Positions 1-11,272 are shown, numbered from the stretch's first letter. The stretch: DNA of 64,000 nt from Bacteroidota bacterium (GCA_043797975.1 JAZDPC010000073.1:6001-70000); one strand, 5' to 3'. The notes: a model not told the origin generated them from the letters alone. Made by a program: numbers and translations.

Positions 1-2339
1 TCAGTTTCCTGAGGTTTTTCTTTCTTTGCCCTCGGTTTGGCAGGAGCTTTGGCAGCCGGTTTCTTTTCGGTTGCGGGTTTTACAGCTTTCTCTGCTTTTG
101 CAGCCGGAGCTTTCTTAACCTTCGCTGCTTTCTCAACCTTCTCAACCTTCTCAACCTTCTCAACCTTCTCAACCTCTTCAACCTTCTCAACCTCTTCAAC
201 CATTTCAACCTCTTCAACCATTTCAACCTTTTCAACCTTCTCAACCATTTCAACCTTTTCAACCTTCTCAACCTTCCCAACCTTCTCAGCTACCGGTGCC
301 TTGGCAGCAGGAGCAGCTTTTTTCTTTTCTTTAATCAGGTTGCTTTTTTCATCAGCTTCCATTCTGTCCTTTAACGCAGCAAGGTCAGAAATATCACCGA
401 GTGTGGTGGATTCCATGCTGGTTTTCATTTTCTTTGAAGCTTTTTCAACAACCGGTTTCGGTTTTTTCTCTGTGCTCTCCTCAGCACGTTTTTCATCTTC
501 GAAGATCCGGCTGTGCGAAAGGATAATCCGTTTAGCGGCTTTGTTGAATTCGATAACCTTGAACATCAGTTTTTCTTCGGCTTTAGCCTGAGTCCCGTCT
601 TCTTTAATCAGATGGCGAGGAGTAGCAAATCCTTCAACACCGTAAGGAAGCGCTATAACAGCACCACGGTCGAAAACACTGACAATAGTACCTTCATGGA
701 TCGTTCCTTCGGAGAACATCGATTCGAAAACATCCCAGGGATTTTCTTCCAGTTGTTTATGACCAAGGCTGAGCCTTCTGTTATCCTTGTCGATTTCAAG
801 AACCACAACCGAAATTTCATCACCGATGGAGCAGAATTCGGCCGGATGTTTGATTTTCCGAGTCCAGGAAAGGTCGGAGATATGAATCAGTCCGTCAACC
901 CCTTCTTCAATTTCAACAAATACACCAAAACCGGTGAAGTTCCTTACTTTGGCAGAATGCTGCGAGCCGATCGGATACCTGGTTTCGATATCTGACCAAG
1001 GATCTGTGCGCATCTGTTTCATACCTAAAGACATTTTCCGGTCTTCACGGTCAAGAGTCAGAATCATGGCTTCAATTTCATCACCCACTTTCAGGAATTC
1101 CGGTGCACTGCGGAGATGCTGTGACCAGGACATTTCCGAAACGTGGATCAAACCTTCGACTCCGGGAGCAATTTCGACAAATGCACCATAATCAGCCATT
1201 ACTACAACTTTACCCTTAACCACATCACCCACTTTAAGGTTCTGATCCAATGAATCCCATGGATGGGCAGTCAGCTGTTTCAGACCCAGTGCGATACGTT
1301 TTTTATGATCATCAAAATCGAGAATAACAACATTGATCTTCTGATCAAGCTGTACAATCTCTTCCGGGTGATTTACGCGGCCCCATGAAAGGTCAGTGAT
1401 ATGAATCAGACCATCAACACCGCCTAGGTCAATAAATACACCGTATGAGGTGATATTTTTAACGGTTCCTTCCAAAACCTGTCCTTTTTCAAGTTTTGAA
1501 ATAATCTCCTGTTTTTGAACTTCAAGTTCTGCTTCGATCAGAGCTTTGTGCGAAACGACTACGTTTTTGAATTCATGGTTGATTTTAACCACTTTGAATT
1601 CCATTGTCTTGCCAACAAAGATGTCGTAATCCCGAATCGGTTTAACATCAATTTGCGAACCTGGCAGGAATGCTTCGATCCCGAATACATCGACGATCAT
1701 GCCGCCTTTTGTTCTGCATTTGATGAATCCTTTGATAATCTCACTCTTTTCAAAAGCATCGTTAACGCGATCCCAGGAACGAAGTGCACGGGCTTTTTTA
1801 TGCGAAAGCACGAGCTGTCCGTTTTTGTCTTCCAGGGTTTCAACGTAAACTTCAACTTTGTCACCGATCTTGAGTTCCGGATCATACCGGAATTCGTTCA
1901 GACTGACAACGCCTTCCGATTTGTAGCCGATATTGACCACAACCTCGCGTTTGTTCATGAATACGACCGTGCCATCGATTACCTCATTGGCTCCGACCAC
2001 CGACAGCGTTTGGTTGAACATGGCTTCCAGGTGTGCGCGTTCTTCAGCTGAATAACCATCCTGCTCGGCATCAAAACGATCCCAGTCAAATTCCTGGCCC
2101 GTTACAACAGTTGGGGTCAGCAGTTTGTGAACATCAACCTCTTCTTCGTCTTCTTCAATTTCTTCTTCTTCCGGCATCAGTTCCTCTTCCAATTCATCAT
2201 CCGGAGAAATGACTTCTTCTTCCTCTAAGATGGCATCAACTTCAACTTCTTCATTTTCTGCCTCATGGGTACCTTCTTCACCCACATTTAAATTCTGTTC
2301 GGCTTCTTCTTCAACAGATTTTTTTTCGATTTCTGACAT
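1..2339 (-). CDS. rpsA: 30S ribosomal protein S1, 3' end runs off the window; has N- and C-terminal extensions
   Basis: Absent from the ORF track because there is no stop in the window. Manual translation from ATG 2339 gives [12 protein letters not shown]...EFDWDRF...[12 protein letters not shown]...[21 protein letters not shown]...[22 protein letters not shown]...[22 protein letters not shown], i.e. successive S1 repeats. The frame stays open to position 1. Confidence 0.97.
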   Translation of the reverse strand, partial: MSEIEKKSVEEEAEQNLNVGEEGTHEAENEEVEVDAILEEEEVISPDDELEEELMPEEEEIEEDEEEVDVHKLLTPTVVTGQEFDWDRFDAEQDGYSAEERAHLEAMFNQTLSVVGANEVIDGTVVFMNKREVVVNIGYKSEGVVSLNEFRYDPELKIGDKVEVYVETLEDKNGQLVLSHKKARALRSWDRVNDAFEKSEIIKGFIKCRTKGGMIVDVFGIEAFLPGSQIDVKPIRDYDIFVGKTMEFKVVKINHEFKNVVVSHKALIEAELEVQKQEIISKLEKGQVLEGTVKNITSYGVFIDLGGVDGLIHITDLSWGRVNHPEEIVQLDQKINVVILDFDDHKKRIALGLKQLTAHPWDSLDQNLKVGDVVKGKVVVMADYGAFVEIAPGVEGLIHVSEMSWSQHLRSAPEFLKVGDEIEAMILTLDREDRKMSLGMKQMRTDPWSDIETRYPIGSQHSAKVRNFTGFGVFVEIEEGVDGLIHISDLSWTRKIKHPAEFCSIGDEISVVVLEIDKDNRRLSLGHKQLEENPWDVFESMFSEGTIHEGTIVSVFDRGAVIALPYGVEGFATPRHLIKEDGTQAKAEEKLMFKVIEFNKAAKRIILSHSRIFEDEKRAEESTEKKPKPVVEKASKKMKTSMESTTLGDISDLAALKDRMEADEKSNLIKEKKKAAPAAKAPVAEKVGKVEKVEKVEMVEKVEKVEMVEEVEMVEEVEKVEEVEKVEKVEKVEKVEKAAKVKKAPAAKAEKAVKPATEKKPAAKAPAKPRAKKEKPQET
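130..282. repeat. In-frame 9-bp tandem repeat (17 units, consensus TTCTCAACC) encoding (VEK/VEE/VEM)n in the S1 tail
   Basis: Five perfect TTCTCAACC units at 130-174, then further perfect units mixed with variants TCTTCAACC, ATTTCAACC, TTTTCAACC and TTCCCAACC up to 282. Confidence 0.95.
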
Positions 2340-2394
2340 TTTGTAAAACTCAATTAATTAATGTGTTAGACATTATTTTGATAAAACATGGCCG

Positions 2395-2402
2395 CAAAGA
2401 TA
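2395..2402 (-). promoter_or_regulatory. Bacteroidota -7 promoter box (TATCTTTG) upstream of rpsA
   Basis: Matches the TAnnTTTG consensus on the minus strand about 55 nt upstream of the rpsA ATG. Confidence 0.6.
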
Positions 2403-2481
2403 TGTTTTTCTTATGTTTTTTCAGCAATTCGGGCAGTGATTTCAGGGAAAAAGATGCTGAATCACACCGGATATATACCTT

Positions 2482-4290
2482 TTATTTCCTGTCTGACCGG
2501 CCTTTCCTTTTCGGCAAATCCCCAATCAGCGGTTCCAGGTTTTCACCCTTACATCCATTCAACAGAGCCATAACCGGGTGATCAACAGTCGAACAATAAA
2601 GGTTAAGCATCTCACTGTCTGCTTTTTTCCATGTTGCGGATGCGTGCCCAAGCACAATCGATAGATTACCAGACTTGACCAGGACGGCCGGATATTCTCT
2701 AGTCAATAAAGGAGGCAGCTCAACGACAATATACTGATGTCCTTTCGTAAGGAACGTGTAGTTCCTCATCAGATCATTTATATTCTTGACATTCAGAAAA
2801 TTAATCGGAATTTCATATTCGAAGTCCCATGATTTCAAGGCATCGGTGTCAACAGTTTGGAAAGGTACCGAAGATTGGTTTTCAAGAGGTTTGAGAGCCA
2901 GGACTTTTAATCCGCAATGTCTCAGTTTTTCCACTATCCTGGCGCCGACAATTGTTTTACCTGCTTTGTCACATGTACTCAGCAGGAATAGCAGGAATGG
3001 GATTTCATCCCTTTTGTTCAGTTTAATCTCTTCAAGTCTGATTTTTTGAGTTATCTGATCAATTGACCGCTCTGCCAACTGTTCATAATCAATCCGGCGG
3101 TGCGGCCGTGACGGAATAAGCGGATACCCTCCGATAAGATTGACTCCAAGCATTTTACTGAAACGACCAGGATATTTTGTTGTATGGTCCTGACATCCGA
3201 TAATCAGGATGACGGTGGTAACCACGATAACCCCTGACAGAAAGGCAAAAATGAGATACAATAACCTGTTTGTACCATCGGATTCAGACGGCATAACCGG
3301 TTCGTCAATGATCCTGATCTCATGACTGACTTTACTGTTTCCCGCAGGCTCAGAAAAAATGGTCGCTGGTGGTGAGGCAATTTCCCTATAATGTTTTAGA
3401 AATACCTGTGTGGTAAGCATCAGGGTATTCATGCTAACAGCAGGATCATCAGACTTATAGGTCAATCTGATCAGGTCGGAATTTTTAATGCGCCCTACCT
3501 TAATGGAACTGATTTTTTTTACACTGTAATAAGGATGATCGGACCGGAGAACCTGGTAAACATAATTCTCACGGTCCTTCTCCATGAAAATCCCGAGATT
3601 TGTAACCGTGCGTTCAAGCAATGATCCGGTTTCGATTACAGGTCCGGTGGAGTCGGCAACTGTCTGAACCTGTACTGTATCTTGACTTTCAACAACCGAT
3701 ATCTTTTGTTTATATCCCACACAAAGCCGCTGTCCTCCCACTATTGGATTAAGATTCCCCGGGTTCAGCCGCTCAAGCTGTTCAAGCGTGATTCCATATC
3801 TTTCCGCTATGGCTGAAGGAAAATCTCCTGCTTTGACGATGTAAAAAACAGGAACAATTTCCGTTTTCTCAACCTTCTCAACAGTTGGAGAAACGGCAGA
3901 ATCAGGTTTGATTAGTAACGGTCTGGCCACCAGGTTTTTAACTTCAACGGGAGCCTGAACCATCAGTTTCTGCCAGGTTTGCGGCAGGCATATCCGGAGA
4001 TCGGGTTCCCGGAGCATAAGATGCTGTGCCAAAAGCCACAGCGCGGTCTCCTCCTGGACCTCCCTGGATTTGATAAGATTGATCAGGTTTGCAAATTTTG
4101 CCTTATCATCATAAGATGCCAGATACCGGTTTCTGCCGGTTTCATAACCATTCCCGGATGTAATTCCGGTATAGAGTACGGTTGATGAAGAATATACTCC
4201 CGGTTGATTGAGCGTAATAAAGAATACGATGATGCTCATGACCAATCCGAATCCGAGGATCCATAAAATATTTCTTAAAATCAACCGCAT
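2482..4290 (-). CDS. Polysaccharide co-polymerase/chain-length determinant-like membrane protein (GumC/Wzc-like) with an inserted LysM domain
   Basis: N-terminal TM followed by YSSSTVLYTG; LysM motif YIVKAGDFPSAIAERYGITLEQLERLN; IRIIDEP followed by a second TM; C-terminal Walker-A-like STCDKAGKT. Divergent from the nucleotide-sugar operon. Confidence 0.75.
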   Translation of the reverse strand: MRLILRNILWILGFGLVMSIIVFFITLNQPGVYSSSTVLYTGITSGNGYETGRNRYLASYDDKAKFANLINLIKSREVQEETALWLLAQHLMLREPDLRICLPQTWQKLMVQAPVEVKNLVARPLLIKPDSAVSPTVEKVEKTEIVPVFYIVKAGDFPSAIAERYGITLEQLERLNPGNLNPIVGGQRLCVGYKQKISVVESQDTVQVQTVADSTGPVIETGSLLERTVTNLGIFMEKDRENYVYQVLRSDHPYYSVKKISSIKVGRIKNSDLIRLTYKSDDPAVSMNTLMLTTQVFLKHYREIASPPATIFSEPAGNSKVSHEIRIIDEPVMPSESDGTNRLLYLIFAFLSGVIVVTTVILIIGCQDHTTKYPGRFSKMLGVNLIGGYPLIPSRPHRRIDYEQLAERSIDQITQKIRLEEIKLNKRDEIPFLLFLLSTCDKAGKTIVGARIVEKLRHCGLKVLALKPLENQSSVPFQTVDTDALKSWDFEYEIPINFLNVKNINDLMRNYTFLTKGHQYIVVELPPLLTREYPAVLVKSGNLSIVLGHASATWKKADSEMLNLYCSTVDHPVMALLNGCKGENLEPLIGDLPKRKGRSDRK

Positions 4291-4472
4291 ATAACAGATC
4301 AGATAGTTGAATTAAATCGTTATTGTTTTGTCAGTACATTCTCAGCTTTGGCTATCCCAATCAATCGAAGTAAAAATATAACAAATTGGTGTATCAGGGT
4401 CGATTTGTTGAGGGAACCTGAAAGAATCTACCTATTTTCGGGACTCAATCCATTAAGAAAAGAACAAACAAT

Positions 4473-5798
4473 ATGAAGATTTCCGTTATTGGAACGGGGT
4501 ATGTGGGTCTGGTTACAGGAACCTGTTTTGCTGAAACAGGTATCACCGTAACCTGTGTGGACGTTAATCAGGAAAAAATCAACATGCTGAACAGCGGCCA
4601 GGTTCCTATTTATGAACCGGGGCTTGACGACCTGATCAAGAGGAACGTTGAAAAGGAACGGTTATTTTTCACCACCCGCATTGAAGAGAGTCTGGTTGAA
4701 GCCAATGTCGCATTCATTGCGGTCGGAACACCTCCCGATGAAGACGGAAGCGCTGATCTCCGTTATGTTTTGGGAGTTGCGAGGGACATCGGAAAATATA
4801 TGGACCATTACCTGGTTGTTGTAACGAAGAGTACGGTACCTATCGGAACCTCCATTAAAGTACGTGCAGCCATAGAGGAAGAACTTAAAAAGAGGAATGC
4901 CGATATCCCATTCGACATAGCCTCCAATCCCGAATTTCTCAAAGAAGGAACAGCAATTGCTGATTTTCTGAAGCCCGACAGGATCGTATGCGGCGTGAAT
5001 TCGCCTGAGGCTGAGAAAACCCTGTCCAGGTTATATAAACCATTCGTTCTCAATGGACATCCACTTCTTTTCATGGATATCCCTTCGGCTGAGATGACCA
5101 AATATGCTGCCAATTCGATGCTGGCCACGAAAATCAGTTTCATGAACGATGTTGCCAACCTTTGTGAAATAGTAGGTGCTGACGTTGATAAGGTTAGAAA
5201 AGGAATCGGAAGCGATACGCGGATTGGCACTAAATTTATTTACCCGGGTGTTGGTTATGGGGGAAGCTGCTTTCCAAAGGATGTGAAAGCCCTGATAAAA
5301 ACCGCTTCCGAATATGGCTATCAAATGCGTGTCCTGCAATCGGTTGAGGATGTTAACAACGATCAGAAGAAAATTATGTTTGACAAGGTGTCCCGCTATT
5401 TTAAGGGTGACTTGAAAGGCAGGAAAATAGCCTTATGGGGGCTCGCCTTCAAACCTAATACGGATGATATGAGGGAAGCTCCTTCCCTTGTATTTATAGA
5501 TCAGATGCTCGAAGCCGGTGCCCATATTGTCGCTTATGATCCGGTCGCTATTCCGGAATCAAAAAGAAGAATCGGAAATAGCATAACATATGTCGATGAC
5601 GAATACGAGGCATTAATCGATGCCGATGCACTTGTTCTTCTGACCGAATGGTCGGAATTCCGTGTGCCCAAGTACAAGGTCATGTCGAAATTGATGAAAA
5701 AGACGGTTGTTTTTGACGGCCGCAACATTTATGATCCCGAGGAGATGGCTGAAGTCGGGTTTACCTATTTTGGAATTGGCCGGAAAAAAAGTAGCTAA
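4473..5798 (+). CDS. ugd: UDP-glucose 6-dehydrogenase
   Basis: IGTGYVG Rossmann motif, SNPEFLKEG, catalytic GYGGSCFPKD, GLAFKPNTDDMRE. Confidence 0.95.
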   Translation: MKISVIGTGYVGLVTGTCFAETGITVTCVDVNQEKINMLNSGQVPIYEPGLDDLIKRNVEKERLFFTTRIEESLVEANVAFIAVGTPPDEDGSADLRYVLGVARDIGKYMDHYLVVVTKSTVPIGTSIKVRAAIEEELKKRNADIPFDIASNPEFLKEGTAIADFLKPDRIVCGVNSPEAEKTLSRLYKPFVLNGHPLLFMDIPSAEMTKYAANSMLATKISFMNDVANLCEIVGADVDKVRKGIGSDTRIGTKFIYPGVGYGGSCFPKDVKALIKTASEYGYQMRVLQSVEDVNNDQKKIMFDKVSRYFKGDLKGRKIALWGLAFKPNTDDMREAPSLVFIDQMLEAGAHIVAYDPVAIPESKRRIGNSITYVDDEYEALIDADALVLLTEWSEFRVPKYKVMSKLMKKTVVFDGRNIYDPEEMAEVGFTYFGIGRKKSS

Positions 5799-5804
5799 AT
5801 ACTT

Positions 5805-6746
5805 ATGAAAAAAATCCTTGTTACCGGCGGGGCCGGATTTATCGGTTCCCATCTCTGTGAACGGTTGTTGAAAGAGGGAAATGAAGTGATCTGCCTCGAT
5901 AATTACTTCACAGGCAGTAAAAAAAATGTGGTTCACCTCATTGACCATCCTTTTTTCGAATTGGTGAGGCATGATGTCACCATGCCCTTTTTCATTGAAG
6001 CCGATGAGATATACAACCTGGCCTGTCCGGCTTCCCCTATCCATTATCAGTATAATCCTATCAAGACCATCAAGACTTCGGTAATGGGGGCGGTAAACAT
6101 GCTCGGCCTGGCAAAACGGATACGGGCCAAAATATTACAGGCGTCGACAAGCGAGGTGTATGGCGATCCCCAGGTCCATCCCCAGACGGAAGATTATTGG
6201 GGCCATGTGAATCCGATCGGTTCAAGGTCCTGCTATGATGAAGGGAAAAGATGCGCCGAATCGTTATTCATGAACTATTATCTTCAGAATCAAGTCAGAA
6301 TTAAGATTATCAGGATTTTCAATACTTACGGCCCAAGGATGCATCCGCAGGATGGCCGCGTTGTCTCAAACTTCATCATCCAGGCATTGCGCAATGAGGA
6401 TTTAACGATCTACGGAGACGGTTCGCAAACCCGGAGTTTTCAATTTGTCGACGACCTGGTCGAAGGGATGATTCGCATGATGAATACCCGGGAAGATCTT
6501 ACCGGTCCTGTTAATATCGGCAATCCCAAAGAATTTACCATCCGTGAACTGGCCGAGAAAACCATTATGCTCACCGGATCCCATTCCAGGTTGACCTACC
6601 TTCCGTTACCGGATGATGACCCTACTCAACGTCAGCCTGATATATCACTGGCGATGAAGGAATTGAACGGATGGGAACCAAAAATCCAGTTGGATGAGGG
6701 CCTGACCAAAACGATTAATTACTTTAAAAACCTCTTAAACCTGTGA
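5805..6746 (+). CDS. UDP-glucuronate decarboxylase (UDP-xylose synthase, SDR family)
   Basis: [40 protein letters not shown] and DGRVVSNFI are UXS-type signatures. Confidence 0.92.
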   Translation: MKKILVTGGAGFIGSHLCERLLKEGNEVICLDNYFTGSKKNVVHLIDHPFFELVRHDVTMPFFIEADEIYNLACPASPIHYQYNPIKTIKTSVMGAVNMLGLAKRIRAKILQASTSEVYGDPQVHPQTEDYWGHVNPIGSRSCYDEGKRCAESLFMNYYLQNQVRIKIIRIFNTYGPRMHPQDGRVVSNFIIQALRNEDLTIYGDGSQTRSFQFVDDLVEGMIRMMNTREDLTGPVNIGNPKEFTIRELAEKTIMLTGSHSRLTYLPLPDDDPTQRQPDISLAMKELNGWEPKIQLDEGLTKTINYFKNLLNL

Positions 6747-6750
6747 AACC

Positions 6751-7632
6751 ATGAAAGGAATCATATTGGCCGGGGGAGCAGGCACCCGTCTGTATCCGAT
6801 CACCAAAAGCATTTCCAAGCAGATCGTTCCTATTTATGATAAACCCATGATCTACTATCCCCTGTCGGTTCTCATGCTGGCCGGCATCCGGGAAATATTA
6901 GTCATATCAACTCCGAAAGATCTGCACCTGTATCAGGACCTGTTTGAATCGGGTGAACAGCTTGGGCTTACCATCTCCTATGCAGCTCAATCCTCTCCTG
7001 ACGGATTAGCCCAGGCTTTCCTGATTGGCGAATCATTCCTGAACGGTGATGAGGCATGCCTGGTTTTAGGAGATAACATCTTTTATGGCTTTAGTTTTGG
7101 AAAAATTCTGGAAGAGGCCTACCGGTTGAAGAAAGGCGCCCTGGTTTTCGGTTACTATGTTACGGATCCGGAGAGATATGGCGTTGTCGAATTCGACGAA
7201 ACTGGAAAGGTTTTAAGCCTCGTTGAGAAGCCGGCCGTTCCTAAATCAAATTACGCAGTAACCGGCTTATATTTCTATGACCATACGGTCGTTTCCAAAG
7301 CCAAAAAGTTAGTACCCTCGAAACGCGGTGAACTTGAAATCACCGATCTGAACAGGCTCTATCTGGAAGAGAATGCCCTTCGCGTACAGATATTGGGCCG
7401 TGGAATGGCCTGGCTTGATACGGGAACCCATGACAGCCTGCTTCAGGCATCCACGTTTATCGCTACCATCGAGCAGCGACAAGGCCTTAAAGTAGCCTGC
7501 CTTGAAGAAATCGCATTTAAAATGGGTTACATTTCCAAAGACAAATTGCTTCAGCTTGCAGAACCCTTGCAGAAAAACCAATATGGTCAATACCTGATTG
7601 CCCTTGCTAATGAAAAAATTAAATCCTGGTAA
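6751..7632 (+). CDS. rfbA: Glucose-1-phosphate thymidylyltransferase
   Basis: [45 protein letters not shown]. Confidence 0.96.
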   Translation: MKGIILAGGAGTRLYPITKSISKQIVPIYDKPMIYYPLSVLMLAGIREILVISTPKDLHLYQDLFESGEQLGLTISYAAQSSPDGLAQAFLIGESFLNGDEACLVLGDNIFYGFSFGKILEEAYRLKKGALVFGYYVTDPERYGVVEFDETGKVLSLVEKPAVPKSNYAVTGLYFYDHTVVSKAKKLVPSKRGELEITDLNRLYLEENALRVQILGRGMAWLDTGTHDSLLQASTFIATIEQRQGLKVACLEEIAFKMGYISKDKLLQLAEPLQKNQYGQYLIALANEKIKSW

Positions 7633-7641
7633 TACCGGCTT

Positions 7642-8199
7642 ATGAAAATCGTTGAAACTCCCCTCCCCGGACTACTGTTAATTGAGCCAAAAGTATTTGA
7701 AGATACCCGGGGTTACTTTTTTGAGAGCTATAATCAAAAGGATTGCGCTGAAATGAACATAAATGTTCAATTTGTCCAGGACAATCAATCGCTCTCGGAA
7801 TATGGCGTTATCCGTGGTTTGCATTTTCAGCTGGCACCTTTTTCGCAGAGCAAGCTGGTACGGGTCCTTGAAGGGTCGGTATGGGATGTTGCAGTGGATA
7901 TCCGCAAAAACTCACCTACATACGGACAACACTACGGAGTTGAACTCAGCGCTGAGAATAAATTGCAGTTGTTCATCCCGCACGGATTTGCCCACGGTTT
8001 TGCCGTTACGAGTGAACGGTCCATTTTTTTCTATAAGTGTGACCACTTCTATAATCAAGATGCAGAAAGGGGCATTCATTACCTGGATCCGGATCTGAAT
8101 ATCAATTGGCCGATACCGGCATCGCAGGCACTGGTTAGCGCCAAAGATCAGGTATTACCTTTGATGCGGGAAACAACTATGAATTTTATATATCAATAG
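7642..8199 (+). CDS. rfbC: dTDP-4-dehydrorhamnose 3,5-epimerase
   Basis: DTRGYFFESY, QDNQS, RGLHFQ, DVAVDIR, GFAHGF. Confidence 0.95.
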   Translation: MKIVETPLPGLLLIEPKVFEDTRGYFFESYNQKDCAEMNINVQFVQDNQSLSEYGVIRGLHFQLAPFSQSKLVRVLEGSVWDVAVDIRKNSPTYGQHYGVELSAENKLQLFIPHGFAHGFAVTSERSIFFYKCDHFYNQDAERGIHYLDPDLNINWPIPASQALVSAKDQVLPLMRETTMNFIYQ

Positions 8200-8205
8200 T
8201 TATCG

Positions 8206-9093
8206 ATGAAGGTTCTGATCACAGGTGCAAACGGACAATTAGGTCAATCGCTGTTAATCGCGCCGATCAGTAAAGGTGAGTTTACCTGGATTCCGACGGA
8301 TTATCCCGAGCTGGACATCACCGACCAGTCAGACATTGATCGTTGGATGAAGAAAGCTTGTCCCGATATGATAATTAACTGTGCCGCCTATACTGCTGTT
8401 GATCAGGCTGAGGAAGAGCCTGAAAAAGCAAGGCAAATAAATGTTATCGGACCTTCGATGCTGGCTGTTACAGCCAAAAAAGCAAGCATCCCGCTCATAC
8501 ATTTTTCAACTGATTATGTATTCCCGGGCACAAACCGGATTCCTTACAGGGAAACGGATATTCCCGGTCCATTATCGGTTTATGGCAAGACCAAGCTGGA
8601 GGGTGAACAGGTTGTTATTCAAGCTGCCGGACCATCCATCATCATCCGCACCAGCTGGCTGTATTCAGAATTCGGAAAGAATTTTGTTCTGACGATGCTG
8701 CGGCTAGGCCGCGAAAAGGATCAACTGGATGTGGTCATGGACCAGATCGGCTGCCCGACCTATTCAGGAGATCTGGCTGATGCAACTATAACTATACTGC
8801 GAAAACTGCTGAAAAAACCGGAGGCATCCAATGGTTCCAAAATCTATCACTTTTGTAACACCGGCGAGACTTCCTGGTTTGACTTTGCGAAGGAAATCAT
8901 CAGACATTCAGGGCTCTCGTGCAGGATCGTACCTATACCAACGAAGCAATACCCTCAGCCAGCAACCCGTCCGGCTTACAGCGTTCTGGACACTTCCCGG
9001 TACAGGAAAGAATTCGGGGTTCTCATACCCCATTGGAAAACCAGTCTTGTTAAATGCCTGAATACTATATCAGGAAAAACAAAACAGATTTAA
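8206..9093 (+). CDS. rfbD: dTDP-4-dehydrorhamnose reductase
   Basis: ITGANGQLG, NCAAYTAVD, STDYVF, YGKTKLEGE, RPAYSVLD. Confidence 0.95.
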   Translation: MKVLITGANGQLGQSLLIAPISKGEFTWIPTDYPELDITDQSDIDRWMKKACPDMIINCAAYTAVDQAEEEPEKARQINVIGPSMLAVTAKKASIPLIHFSTDYVFPGTNRIPYRETDIPGPLSVYGKTKLEGEQVVIQAAGPSIIIRTSWLYSEFGKNFVLTMLRLGREKDQLDVVMDQIGCPTYSGDLADATITILRKLLKKPEASNGSKIYHFCNTGETSWFDFAKEIIRHSGLSCRIVPIPTKQYPQPATRPAYSVLDTSRYRKEFGVLIPHWKTSLVKCLNTISGKTKQI

Positions 9094-9105
9094 TTCAGGA
9101 AACCG

Positions 9106-10848
9106 ATGGAAGCGATTGATAAAAAAATTCTGGACAAGGCGAATGCATGGCTTTCGCCAGATTTTGACGAGGAAACAAGGAGACAGGTCAGTTATATGAT
9201 CGAACAGGATCCGGAAGGCCTGGTGGAAGCGTTTTACCGGGATCTCGAATTCGGGACAGGAGGTATGCGTGGGATCATGGGGCCCGGAACCAACCGGATG
9301 AATATTTACATTATCGGGATGGCTACGCAGGGACTTTGTAATTACCTGAAAAAGAGCTTCCCGGGCAGAACCGGTCTCAAAATCGCCATCGCACATGACA
9401 GCCGGAATAATTCCCGGATTTATGCAGAGATGACTGCAAAAGTGATCTCAGCCAATGGAATTCATGCATACCTGTTTGATGCCCTGCGCCCTACCCCGGA
9501 ACTCTCATTCTCAATCCGTCACCTGGGGTGCCAGTCGGGGGTTGTCGTTACCGCATCCCATAATCCGAAAGAGTACAACGGGTACAAGGTTTACTGGGAA
9601 GACGGCGGTCAGGTAGTTCCGCCTCACGATAACGGGATCATTGCCGAGGTTCAGAAGATCAGCAGCATACGTGAGATCAGAACTGACAGCAATCCTGCAT
9701 TGATTCATTCAATCGGAAAAGAGATTGACCAGGCTTATCTTGCTTGTCTGTGCACCCTGAGCCAGAATCCGCAAATTAACCGGAAGCATCACGACATGAA
9801 GATTGTCTACACCCCGATTCATGGTTCCGGTGTCAAAATGGTACCTGAGATTCTCCATCGCTTTGGCTTTACGAATATTATCAATGTTCCCGAACAGGAT
9901 ATTCCGGATGGCAACTTTCCAACAGTTAAATCACCCAATCCGGAAGAAAAAGCCGCTCTTGACCTTGCCCTGGCAAAAGCCATAGAGCAGGGTGCCGACC
10001 TGGTAATGGCTTCTGATCCTGATGCCGACCGCATTGGTATTGCAGCAAGAAATCCCAGAGGAGAATTCCGGCTGTTAAACGGGAACCAGACAGGCTCCCT
10101 CTTGGTATACTATCTGTTGAAAAACCTGTCCGACAAGAAAAAACTCAAAGGCAATGAATTCATAGCCAGGACTATAGTTACCACTCCCCTGTTTAATGAC
10201 ATAGCCAATTCCTACGGGGTCAAAACCTATGAGGTTCTGACCGGATTCAAATACATTGCCGAGCTAATCAGGCAAAAAGAAGGTAAAGAGGTTTTTATCG
10301 GAGGTGGCGAAGAGTCCTACGGTTTCATGTCCGGCAGTTTTGTCCGGGATAAAGATGCTGTTTCGTCATGCGCCCTGGTTGCTGAAACGGCAGCATGGGC
10401 AAAGGAACAGGGTATGACTCTGCTTGATCTGCTTGAATCTTTGTATGTTAAATACGGATATTACAAGGAGCACCTCATTTCGATTACGAAAAAAGGGAAA
10501 TCCGGATTGGAAGAGATTGAAGCCATGATGGATAGATTCCGGCAACAGCCGCCCGAAACACTCGGAGGTTCCGATGTCGTTATAGTTCATGATTTTCAAA
10601 GCAGCAAGGCTTATGACATGATCTCCCAGCTCCGTTACGATATCAATTTACCTAAATCGAATGTACTTCAGTTTGTGACCCGGGATGGTTCGATCATTTC
10701 GGCCAGGCCCTCGGGAACGGAACCCAAGATTAAATTCTATTTCAGCGTAAGGCAGGTGGTTTCTGACAGATCCGGACTCGGTGAAGCTGAAATCAACCTG
10801 ACTGAAAAAATTCAGACATTGGTCTCCGACATGAATCTCGATCAATAG
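9106..10848 (+). CDS. pgm: Phosphoglucomutase / phospho-sugar mutase
   Basis: FGTGGMRG, phosphoserine motif TASHNP, metal-binding [23 protein letters not shown]. Confidence 0.93.
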   Translation: MEAIDKKILDKANAWLSPDFDEETRRQVSYMIEQDPEGLVEAFYRDLEFGTGGMRGIMGPGTNRMNIYIIGMATQGLCNYLKKSFPGRTGLKIAIAHDSRNNSRIYAEMTAKVISANGIHAYLFDALRPTPELSFSIRHLGCQSGVVVTASHNPKEYNGYKVYWEDGGQVVPPHDNGIIAEVQKISSIREIRTDSNPALIHSIGKEIDQAYLACLCTLSQNPQINRKHHDMKIVYTPIHGSGVKMVPEILHRFGFTNIINVPEQDIPDGNFPTVKSPNPEEKAALDLALAKAIEQGADLVMASDPDADRIGIAARNPRGEFRLLNGNQTGSLLVYYLLKNLSDKKKLKGNEFIARTIVTTPLFNDIANSYGVKTYEVLTGFKYIAELIRQKEGKEVFIGGGEESYGFMSGSFVRDKDAVSSCALVAETAAWAKEQGMTLLDLLESLYVKYGYYKEHLISITKKGKSGLEEIEAMMDRFRQQPPETLGGSDVVIVHDFQSSKAYDMISQLRYDINLPKSNVLQFVTRDGSIISARPSGTEPKIKFYFSVRQVVSDRSGLGEAEINLTEKIQTLVSDMNLDQ

Positions 10849-10855
10849 AACAGTC

Positions 10856-11272
10856 ATGAAATCGTTTCGTAAAGAATTATGGTTTAACACTTCCAAACGC
10901 CGGGAATTAATCAATATCACCAGTCAAATTCAGGAGTGCGTGGAAGAGAGCAGGATCAGGGATGGTATACTTCTTTGCAACGCCATGCACATCACCTCCT
11001 CCGTCTTTATTAATGATGACGAGGCCGGACTGCACAATGATTTTGAAAAATGGCTGGAAACCCTGGCTCCGGAAAAACCGCACAGCCAATACGCCCATAA
11101 CCGTTTTGAGGACAACGCAGATGCACATCTTAAACGGACCATCATGGGCAGGGAGGTTGTAATTGCGATCACTTCGGGAGTATTGGATTTTGGTCCCTGG
11201 GAACAGATCTTTTACGGTGAATTTGACGGGAAGCGGGCTAAACGCGTTCTCGTTAAAATCATTGGAATGTAA
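10856..11272 (+). CDS. yjbQ: YjbQ/UPF0047 family protein (secondary thiamine-phosphate synthase)
   Basis: [40 protein letters not shown]. Confidence 0.9.
   Translation: MKSFRKELWFNTSKRRELINITSQIQECVEESRIRDGILLCNAMHITSSVFINDDEAGLHNDFEKWLETLAPEKPHSQYAHNRFEDNADAHLKRTIMGREVVIAITSGVLDFGPWEQIFYGEFDGKRAKRVLVKIIGM

Noticed and set aside
130-282. Tandem repeat as a possible CRISPR array
   Set aside because: The units are contiguous 9-mers with no spacers, lie in a coding frame, and have no cas genes nearby.
37-591. ORF-track entries 37..591 (+, STF repeats) and 80..280 (-, LRR/LKR repeats)
   Set aside because: They are antisense and alternative-frame shadows of the 9-bp repeat inside rpsA; the S1 frame explains the region.
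3865-3883. About two copies of the same TTCTCAACC unit (VEKVEK) in the LysM co-polymerase gene
   Set aside because: Too short to separate from chance or codon preference in a linker.
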